A DNA stretch of 64,000 nucleotides from Amoeboaphelidium protococcarum X5 (taxonomy: Eukaryota > Fungi > Aphelidiomycota), in the NCBI GenBank assembly GCA_023515725.1, contig JALDTO010000206.1, forward strand, positions 392,189 through 456,188, in the 5' to 3' direction. Shown one piece after another: positions 53,775-64,000 of this stretch. Made by a program: the position numbers and the translations under genes. Every line of letters starts with the position of its first letter. Position 1 is the first letter of the stretch. The notes under the pieces were generated by a model that was not told where the DNA came from, made no database searches, and was given only the letters and a program-made list of their open reading frames with translations.

Positions 53775-54852
53775 TATTTGCTCGCTTCTCTTCGGTCTCT
53801 TGGTTCTCAACTTGCATCTGACTACTCAGAGGGGATAATTCCTTGATGATAGGCTATTCAGCATTTTCTGCCGGAAATAGGACACGAGCCGTTTGAGTTC
53901 CTTCAACTGACTCCTTATCCAGCTTACGATGCGTATCCAAGTCATGCTTCTTTCCGTTTGGCACACGTTTGCTATTCAGATCTGTTTTTGTGACTTTGTA
54001 CACTGGTTCATTGTGGAACGTTCCACGCTTGAACATCCTTTCGCATATCTCAGCTTTAGCCTTGTCCGCGAATAGACTTCTAACCAGATATTTATATTCA
54101 CTTCCCCTGAAGTATTGCACATAATCAGGCTTACATCTCATTTTTTCTAACTTCTTGGTCACAAGCTCTGTTGTCATTATCCCATCAAATTCTTTCACCG
54201 CAAAGTCCACGGAGTATCTGCACTCCTTAATTGCGTCCTTTACGAAACAGGTGTTACCGTTCTCTGAATGATTAAATTTAAAGACTTTCTTTTTCATCAG
54301 CTTTCCTGCGTTCTCTTGGGATGTAAAGACGACGGCGGAGTAGGTTTTAACTTCCTCTTTACATATCCACACCGCATCTTGTGCATTTGTTGCTTTAAAC
54401 TTCTCTTCACCTTTCAGAACACCTGCTATTGCTTCTTTAATTTGGCTCACTTCAATATCCTATGGAATCCATAGAACTACCTTTCTTTCAAATTTCTATT
54501 TATCTAGTCTACTAGTCTTGTCTGCATTTGAACTGACTTAAGATGTCCCTTCATCGCTGTCTGGTTCCACCGGTTTTTGACGCTTGTTTGCTTGACGTTC
54601 CATTAGTGAGGATAGTTGGTGTCTTTGGATCTTCTAATCCTACACCTTGTTCAAGTTTGAGTTCTCCTGCATGAACTTCTTTGCTTCTCTTTCTGCTTCC
54701 TGTTTATCTAAGTCTTCTAGTATATTCGTTACTGGGTTCATTGCTGAGTGTCTCTGTTATGAGTGGATAAGGGGCTGTTGCTCCTATGAGAGTTCCCTCT
54801 TCGCTTGGCTTCTTGAACAGGGTGGCTTTACAGGCCGATCGGTTTAATTCAT
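53767..54852 (-). CDS. LINE ORF1 (~361 aa)
   Basis: ATG 54852 in frame with ORF 53854-54450; TGA at 53767; lies upstream of ORF2 inside the TSDs. Confidence 0.75.
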
Positions 54853-56270
54853 TTATTATCGGTTTGCTTCGGATCTGATTTTTTATGTATCAGGAGCATC
54901 TTATAAGCTCGTAGTCTTTAACTCAATAAAGACGTCTTATAGAACTGCTGTACTCAGAAAAGAAGTGGTGCTCATCTCAGTGTTCAACAGTCAGGGTGCC
55001 AACGCATTTAACCATGAGCTGAAGCGTCGTGATTACGATCCTTTGCTTATAATGGAATCTTTCTCATATGCCTGTCAGACTGGGAAAGCCAATTACGTTA
55101 TGCATTTGATTAAGGAAAAAATCATCCCTCATCACGGTGACTAAGAAAATTGTGCTCTCTAGGCGACCGAGTATCAGCATATTGACTTACTTGCTCAACT
55201 TGATAAGCTGATCCTCCTGAGAGGTTATCGTATCTGCCAACCTCTCATCAAGGCATTAAATAGAGGTGCCCCGATAGAATATTTGTAAGCTGTGGTCACG
55301 AAATTTATCGGCGATTTATCGTTGCGCTAACAGTTGCTTGATTAAATTCTCCTTGCCGGGTTAAGACCTGACGCAAGCGCTTGGCTCACCTCTCAGCTTC
55401 GTGTGCGTGTATCGGAAAATGCATTGAAATATGCTTGTGATGCACGGCATTGGGAAACGGCCAGTATATTATTAACCCATTTTGCTAAGACTTTGAAGGA
55501 GGTTAGATCAAGATATAGGGAAATATTTTTCAATTTGCCTACGTAGGAGGCCGTAAATTTTGTGAGGTTCTTGTTGCCCAAGTGTAGCGTTGATTAAATT
55601 ACTACGGTCCTATAGCTGGCGGCAGAACTTCGTCAATTTGCAGTTTTTGAGCTCATCCTGAAAACTGCCGACGTTGATGCCAGCCAATTAGAATTTATTG
55701 ATGAATTCACTTAGCGGATTGATGTTGACCAGAGAATGGTGATAACCATTAAAAAGTTGATTTAAGATAGACCAGGCTAGTCCCCGTCTCAGACACGCGA
55801 TCGTAGCCCAGTAAGAGAATGAAGGTTGCGTAATAGAGTAAGGTGATGATTAATTTTGATAGAATAAAGAAGCAATAATTCGTAATCTTGAGTACAATTT
55901 ACAGGAAATTACATAGTTCCATGCGATAAATTTGTATTAGCTGAGTAAATATGGCAATGGAATCTTGATTTGAATTATGATCGCGATACAATTTCCATTC
56001 TTAAGAACTAGACCGCAACTTTTACTTATTTTTTAACGAAGGAGAGACCAAACATTGTGTTAGACCATTAACATCGAAGATGCATAGCTTAACTAGCCAT
56101 AAGAACGTTTCAACTTGATGATGCTTCACAATGGCATTCCTAAAGAGTCCCTACTTATTACGACGCGCGTGATTCTTGCGCGTTTCTCAGTGACTCTCAA
56201 TTTTGCTCTCCCTTTCATTCTCGAATCACAGCCCCTTTCTAACTGAATATATCACAGCAATAATTATCGA

Positions 56271-58163
56271 ATGGTAATTAGAGAAACTCACACAATGGTT
56301 GAGATTGATAATGTAAAAGAGGCTGCACAGAGATGGTTATCACTGGATCAGAACCCATAGACCAGAGATGAGGTATAGTCGCTTCTGCAATAGGAAGATT
56401 GGACCTAACTAGAAGATATCATGTGTTAGCCATTGAAATTTGGTACTGCTGGATTGCGTGCTCAGATGCGCGCCGGATTCTCGTGTATGAATGAGCTGAC
56501 TGTCATTCAGGCATCATAAGGATTGGCAATGTATCTATTAGAATCAGTAGCTGCGTCTGATAATAGTGATGGCGGTAGTGGTGGTGATGCACAACACATG
56601 CAATCAATTAGACGTCAAGGTGTAGTTATTGGATTCGACTATCGCCATAATAGTAGGAGATTTGCTCAACTGACAGCTGCCGTATTTAAGCATGCATCTT
56701 TTTAGGTTTATCTATTTGATGATGCTGTACCTACTCCATTCGTATCTTACGGTGTCAAATAGCTATAGACCGCCGCCGGTGTAATGATTACCGCTAGCCA
56801 TAACCCAGCTCAAGATAATGGGTATAAAGTGTACTGGAGTAATGCTTGTTAAATATAATCAGCACATTCTGATAGAATTGAGTAAATGATCTAGGAGTAC
56901 TAGAGTCCATGGCTGTTCAGTACCAAGGCATTGGAGGTGGAAGATGGATTGCTCTCTCTATTGCCGCCAATGAATTAAGAAAATGATCATAATTAGTCCG
57001 ATAAATAGACTGAGGATTCTATTATCTAGAAATACTATAAAGAGATAAAAGAGCTGCTGTACTTTAAACATAATAGTAATGACGAGTAGAAGTCTGCTAA
57101 GGATTTCTCGTGTGTGTATACAAGTTTGCATGGCGTTGGGTTAGAATATGCGCGCAGAGTATTTAATGATATACTTGGATTAAATAATGTGCACTATGTG
57201 ACTGAGCAGTGTAAACCAGATGGTGATTTTCCAACCTTAAAGTACCCTAATCCTGAAGATGCTGCCAATGCCTTTCGATTGGGCGTTCAGCTTGCAGATC
57301 AGGTGGGTGCTCGTGTTGTATTTGCCAATGATCCCGATGCTGATAGACTAGCGATGGCTTATAAGAATAGAGATGGATGTTGGGTGTATCCTACAGGAGA
57401 TTAAATTAGTGTTTTACTGCTAATGTTTATTATCCAGCATTTGGATAGTGGATCCGGTGATTAGATGCAGCCTGATAAAAGAGCTATAGTAACCTCATAG
57501 GTGTCATCCGGAATATTTTAAAAAATTGCCCAGAGTCGAGGAATTCATCTAGCTGTGGCAGAGACTGGATTCAAGAATATCGGAAATAGAGCACTGAAAT
57601 TGCAGTAGGAAGGCTATCAAGTTTTATTTGCGTGTGAGGAGGCACTCGGTTATAGTCCGATGAATATCATCCCTGAGAAGGATGGCATTAGTTCACTGTT
57701 ATTATTGGTATAACTTATGATGGAACTACATAATCAGGATAAAACTGTAGATGAATGTTTTGAGAGTTATTATGGGTAATTTGGTTATCACAAATAAGTT
57801 AATTTCAGTTACAAAGTGTCTTAGAATCTCTAATTAACATCGATTGTTGATCATGTCTAGAACTAGTTATTGCTCAATGAAAAGTCGTCTGAGCTTGGTG
57901 GCTTTTAATTAAAGTGTAAAGATTAATAATCAGTCTCTGATGACAATTCTTGCATTTAAAGGAGCAAGAAAATGTTCTGTACACAGTTATACCATGAAGA
58001 TTCAGGAATTGAGGCGCGATTGATTATACGTAAGAGTGGCACTGAGCCCAAAGTCAAATTGTATTTAGAGCTTTGTGGAACTCAGAGAGAAGAAGTTGAT
58101 GAAGCAGCGTAGAATCTATAATATAAATTGCGCGATGTTTTGTAGTTGCAGCTGTAAAAGTGA
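56271..58163 (+). CDS. Phosphoglucomutase-2/phosphopentomutase family enzyme
   Basis: LKFGTAGLRA, GVMITASHNPAQDNGYKVY, YTSLHGVG, FANDPDADRL, RKSGTEPKVKLY. Confidence 0.9.
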
Positions 58164-58272
58164 CATAGTTTTGAATTAACTAATATTGTTTGCGATGAAA
58201 AGGGTAAAGAAATTTTGTTTAAATTTTAATAAACGTATAATATTACTATCAAACAGTCTACTTCATAGAACT

Positions 58273-61200
58273 TCAGAACGGTCTTGCAGAAGATTTGAGC
58301 TATTTCCGAGCAGTCTTGGACCGTTAGGAAGATTGCTGCTCTTGTGCAGCAGGATCGGCCAAGTTAGAATATTCGCTAGAGGCGAACTATGGTGCCTTCT
58401 AAGACTACAGTTGTTATTATGCATGCTAGCTAGGTTATTAGGCCCAGTAAGCTGATGAATTATTGCCTTCCCGTCCAAACTCAAACACCGGTTCCATGTA
58501 CAATTACTGAGTAGGCAGGGACACTCTGCCTTTTATTGGTGGCGGGACACCATAATCTGCTTCGCGGCTATCAAGTCGATTCATTTCAATTTCATTGTCA
58601 GTGTACCTACGACGCGATGATGATCTTTCCGGACGGTGCGGGGAAGTCGGTGATGTAGTGGAGTTACTGCCATCGCCATCCTAAAGTCTTTGGACAGACA
58701 GTGGCAGATGACCAGGATTATATTCATACTGATCCTAAGACTACTCAGACACAGGGAAAGAGCCTTGTGCTTAAAGAGAAGACTGAGCAAGTGGCATAAC
58801 AGTATGACGAGCAGTCATACTCTTTGGCAGAGGCTTGTTGTATTGATAAGTTGGATTCATGGGATTGTACGTCTGAGCCTTGCGTGGTCTTTCACCAGCC
58901 AGAGGCACACCATCAACAGAATCAGCCTACGGACGGCCAGTCTTTGAGATCTAGTCCCACTCTTACCATCGCTTCATTTCAATCAGGCGACCATCAAACT
59001 GACCTGCAGCACCACCATGCCCATTAGCGCCATCCTCCTTACTCTCACCCTCCACCTCACGCGTCTTACCCCAACCGAAATCATCAAAGTGCCAGAAGGA
59101 GTATACGGGTAGCACAAAATTCCATATAGGCAGAGCTAGCAAGTAAATGAACATATATATGACAAAGTAGTAGCGCTTGGTCAAGAAGAATATGAGCACA
59201 GCTGGGAGGATTAGCACCACAATCAGAGTCATCAGCGGAATCAGGGACTCTTTGACAAAACTGTTCTTCGGTGTGGCAATACTGTAAATGAGCAGAAAAG
59301 TGAAGAATATAGCAGCAGGCAGAACCACAGTACCAAATAAGTCCATCAGAATGACAAACTGCATAGAGATACAGAACGTACCACACAGATCTTTAACAAA
59401 GACCAGTTCGGCGAGATTGTGCACTGTAGAATTAATCCAACGACGACGTTGCGACAACAGCACGCGGAACTTATCAGGCACAACAGTCTCACATTGTGCC
59501 TATGGCAAGAATATCATCTACCTCTTTGGGAAAGTCTTGAGCATCAGAGTGGACAAGAATCGATCTTCACCCAATAACAAAAGATTCTTCTTATGCAAAG
59601 TATCAACAACATTCTGCGAATACTCTTCAATAATATCTGGATTAGCTAGAATAGGCACCCAGAATCCATCACCCTTAGGAGATTTAATTCTATACATGGA
59701 GAAACAGCCGGGCAAGCAACTCACACCACCAAAGATACTCTCGAAATTCTTCACCAGATAATGACTGATAAAATACTCATACACCTGAATCATCGTCACC
59801 CAGGATGCATTAGGATTAGCCAGGCGCGTCTCACCACAGACTCCCATTAGTTTAGTATCATTTCTCATGGCGTTGACCATTTTGGGAAGAGAGTCTGGGT
59901 AGATCTTCGTATCAGCATCAACCATCAGAACCAGTTCAAAGCGATCACAATACACGCCAGTTATAGAGCGAATCTTTGTAAACAAGTCATATTCCAACTC
60001 GGTCATTCTATCATCAAACATCACCTTACTCAGGAAATTCATCAAGATAATCTATGAATCTCTTTTACCCCTATTACCAGGCTTAGGCTCATTCGCCTCA
60101 GCAGGTGTACCACATTTGACAACCAGCACGGTCGGCACTGAACGTCCATCATGATCAAATGTGCCATAGAACACCTGAGCCATGTTGTGCTGCTTTGATC
60201 CATCAGCAATGGCGACATAACTCTTTGGCTGAGCTTCTGGTTCACGCAGAGTCAACAAACTCTAACAAATCTCTGGTGTACTCTTACTCTGTCCACCACC
60301 TGTGATGAGACCATCGGCCACCATGAAGATCAACTTTTATTCATCAGGATAGTGTGTCTCAGCGATGGATATCAGGGACTTTTTAATCTCGTCCTCATTC
60401 TCACTGTACATGGTGACTAGTATCATGACATGACACGCGAATATACTCAGATCAATCTGAGACAGATCCATATCTTCAGGGAAGAGTGACATTCTACTGG
60501 ATTTAAACATTTACGTGATTGGTCTCTTCGATTCATCCAGTTATGTAAATCTGGACTGTCTGAATGGTATGACACTTTTACGGCCATCCTAACCAGCTGG
60601 CTGAGTCAACATTTTACTTTTCACAGACTTTGGGATGACAACACCAGGTGGCACGTATGGAATACCTTTAGGCTCGGCACTGAGAGCAGGAGCAACCACC
60701 CACGAATAGATCAGAGCCATTATGAAACGCACCAACACCAGACCCATAATAACGACCAAAATGATGTAGTTGATGACATTGGCTGCAAAACAACCGACAC
60801 TCTACTTGGACACCAAGCCGATTTGATACAGTTGAACAAGACAGGGAACCTTTTCAGAAGCAGAAGGATCTTGCAGAAAATTCCTCGTAACATCCGTGCC
60901 AATACCATTGATAATGATCTTATGAGCAGAAGGACCTAAAAATTCCGAACCACCTTGCAGATAATTACTCACATCCAGCACGTAACCGTTATATACGAGC
61001 AGGTTAGAATCAGTCTTCTATACATCTGACCACTCAAAAGACACACCAAGACCGGCAAGGTTACCAGACAGCTGACTAGCGGTATACGAATGACAATGCT
61101 CAGGTGCGCCAGATATGGAACATTTCGTCTGAGGAACAGAGCCTGTGGTCTACCCATTACAAGCATCAGTATTAGGAACCCTGGGAAATAGGACCGATAT

Positions 61201-61905
61201 ATCACGAGGTCTCCCACTTGACTAAAAGTCATTTATAGCACCAATGGACGCTGTATGAAACCTTTACATATCATTAGGCTAAATCACGTACCATTGTCCA
61301 TGAATAGCCCACGCATCAGGAAATGGAGGACTATTGATTGGAGCACGATTACCCGTAGGCAGACAGATGGTAGCCTGCAGACCGACAATAACGAAGCCCA
61401 TCACAAAACAAGCTAGCAGGATGGCAAATATCAAAGTCATCTTCTCTCGCCATGCCCACATCGCAACAGGGTCCTTCTTACCGAAACACTTGCGGATCAT
61501 GATGTTAGGGAAACAGCAGGTGGAGGCTGTAACTAGATATATCCACCAGTCATACACGCGCTTCTTCTCTTGGTCCATTTTTTATTATTATTTCATTTGC
61601 TATTCTTTATAAAGCTGCTGGTCATAACTGTCCTCCTGATCACCATCACCACTTCTACCAAGCGTGCTGACATACTGTGGACCACCGCCATTCTAATATG
61701 GCACTTGCTCAACTTGACGATGGAAATTATCTGCAATACGCGTGGTATTATCAGCAACCAGAGGTCTTCTAGCCACCGACTGACTTCTCTCCGGTCGCGT
61801 CAGACGAGATTTACTCCGATGCAATTTCCTTGGCTTATACTGATTCTGCTATTGATAGTAGAGATCACCAAGCTCTTCATCCGCATATTGATTATAAGGA
61901 TTCAT
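58273..61905 (-). CDS. Chitin synthase, class IV (Chs3-like), ~1210 aa
   Basis: [60 protein letters not shown]. Confidence 0.93.
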
Positions 61906-62862
61906 TCTCTCTCCCTATATCACTCAGATATTTATTTACAGATTTTTAGGCAGAGCAATACTGATAAGAAAAAGACAGCGCAAAAGTCAAGTTAAAGTAT
62001 TCGATTATAACTTGCCAAATTTAGATTGCAAAGGCCGAATTTGACCAATCGGCCACGCTTTCAGATTCTCTTGGCGCTCGCGTAAAGATCGTGCTTTCTT
62101 TCACTTCCACCATCATTGATTTAAAGCTTACAAAGGAGCCACTCGGTCAAGCATCCTTAATTATTATAAATGCAACATATAATAACTTTTTACGTGATTT
62201 ATAATTTCTCTCTCTCCCTCTCTCTCTGAAGGCCGACCCAAATGCAATGAGTCCATTTTGGATGTCTATACACGCGTTTTATGATTCAACCTTTTAATGC
62301 TTCAACTTCTGCAGTCTGCAAACTACAGTACCAACTCGCCATAAAGCACGGAATTATATAAAATACAGTTTTCAGTTACCATTTCTGAATAATAATGATT
62401 ATAATAATTAACGTAAACATACTTTTATTAAGCCCTAAACTTGATAATTAAATTCATAGGGCTATGGACAAAGCCTGAGACAAGGGGATCATGTAAGAGT
62501 GAAAAAGAGTCGCTTTAACAAAATTCTCAACAAGACTTTCTGATGATGATGTTAATGATGTACTTTTGTATTTCAAATGATTGCAGTCAGCTTAATGAAA
62601 TTTTTACAATAATAAAAATTTGAGTTAGTAGTTTGAACTGAAGCAATGACATACCAACTGATCTACGGTCTGAATAGATCGGTTCGAGTTCTGCGCTTGT
62701 CCAATCAGCGAGTGACTTGTTCTCCAATTCTCTTTAGATGCCTTTTCCCTCTTGAAAGTTTTCGCTTTGCAATCATTGGATAATTCTGTACTGCTCCAGG
62801 CTCTTATTACATCGTTATATATTCATTTGTTCACGTACGCTCATATAATAAAAATATTAATA

Positions 62863-63249
62863 ATGAATGCACCTGCTAGGCATGAGATTATTGTACTACC
62901 CGATGGAGTGAAGAAGATCACCGTGAAGCAGGACATCAAGATACCGAATGCGGCCACATTCGAGATTTAGAGAGAAGATCATACACTGGGCAATGTGCTC
63001 AGAGAATATTTGCTGTAGAATCCCAAGGTTTTATTTGCCGCGTACAAGATGCCTCATCCTTTGAATCCGTGGATAGAACTGAAAGTACAAGTGACCGCTG
63101 ACACTACACCTCGGAATGCTGTAATACAGGCTCTGAATCGCATAATCATTGACGGTAATCATATGAGCGCTTAATTTAAACAAGAAATTGAAAGATTCCA
63201 GCGACGCAGAGGCATTCATTAATAGTCGACTTCTTCTTATTATCAATGA
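62863..63249 (+). CDS. RPB11: RNA polymerase II subunit RPB11
   Basis: MNAPARHE..PNAATFEIQREDHTLGN..VLFAAYKMPHPL. Confidence 0.93.
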
Positions 63250-63550
63250 CATGTTTAATTGTTGTTGGTGAATTTTCACATAGAATGAAACTAATGTATT
63301 TTAGGCTTTTTAATGCTATCTCTCTATTGCCTGCCTTATGTTTCTCGCGTTCCTCTCCTCTAGGCATTTCCCTCACTTGCAGCTTTATCGAAAAACGTTC
63401 TCTTTCATTTCTCCCTCGAATTCGCATTCTCTCTTCTCTTTAACGCGTCTCGGTTTGTCTTTTACTAACCATCGTTTATTATCTCCTTATAACTTTATTA
63501 CATTCTTGAACATTGCTGAAGCTACAGAAATAAATTATTGAAAAGTGACC

Positions 63551-64000
63551 ATGTCTGTGAATGTGCACTATAATGGCAAAAGTGTCAAGGTGAAAGCGTC
63601 TCCGAATTCTGTTCTGAATTAGATTAAAGTGGAGGCTTGTCAGTTGCTAAAGTTGAATGATGAATCCATGTTTGGTCTCAAGTGGATAACTATCAGTAAT
63701 AATAAAAGCAGCAGTAATGTTGCAGGCGGTGGTAGTAAGAAGAGTAATGGTAGTTAATTGTTAGACTTGTCACTTAGTCTGCGCTATGCTAATATTCCTC
63801 TGAATTCTCGGCTTGATCTTGTTTAGTTGACTGCTACCAACGCGGCTCGAGGTTAGTCTTCAGTATTGTCGTCCAACGCTGCTGGTAATGCATAATCAGT
63901 TCTGGTTGCATTGCAGTTGGAAGATGCGCGATTAAAGTTATAGTTTCCATCCACTTGTACATTGTTGGACATTTTGCTAAAGTTTGAAGATTAGCAATCA
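63551..64000 (+). CDS. TUG/ASPSCR1 (Ubx4)-like protein, N-terminal TUG-UBL1 domain; runs off the window end
   Basis: VKVKASPNSVLNQIKVEAC..LLDLSLSLRYANIPLNSRLDLV..VLVALQL. Confidence 0.7.

Larger units (their letters stand above)
48538..54970 (-). mobile_element. Full-length non-LTR retrotransposon (LINE, APE-RT-RNase H type) with 16-bp TSD
   Basis: TSD CTCATCTCAGTGTTCA at 48522-48537 and 54971-54986; short (TTC)n 3' tail; two ORFs. Confidence 0.93.
48264..55822 (+). pseudogene. Secreted ankyrin-like protein gene split by a LINE (coding halves 48264-48537 and 54987-55822)
   Basis: Signal peptide MKSFMWPLLAALVSSA; the frame YLISVF|NSQGANAF resumes after the TSD; repeats such as SYACQTGKANYVMHLI and LKYACDARHWETASILL. 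Confidence 0.75.

Overview
Compact, intron-poor eukaryotic nuclear DNA with fungal/opisthokont-type genes (septin, class IV chitin synthase, MCM3, ERG1, RPB11). It uses a non-standard code: TAA/TAG read as Gln and TGA is the only stop, which is why the supplied ORF track is fragmented. This code plus this gene content suggests an aphelid such as Amoeboaphelidium protococcarum (inference). Re-reading with TAR=Gln gives about 25 host genes plus mobile DNA. The main result is an apparently intact 696-aa Fanzor (TnpB-family RNA-guided nuclease) at 9596-11686. It sits in a ~3.3-kb TA-flanked element with 13-bp Tc1/mariner-type terminal inverted repeats (8421-11763). The element also holds a second, divergently oriented, degenerate Fanzor, so each Fanzor 3' end points at one terminus. 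A third copy of the same terminus (46211-46223) lies between a RecQ-like relic and a third Fanzor relic. Also notable: a plant SFR2-like GH1 enzyme; a full-length LINE with a 16-bp TSD splitting a secreted ankyrin-like gene; a Crinkler-type cluster; and two thiolase paralogs with mitochondrial versus PTS2 N-termini. All translations and coordinates were worked out by hand and no database searches were run.
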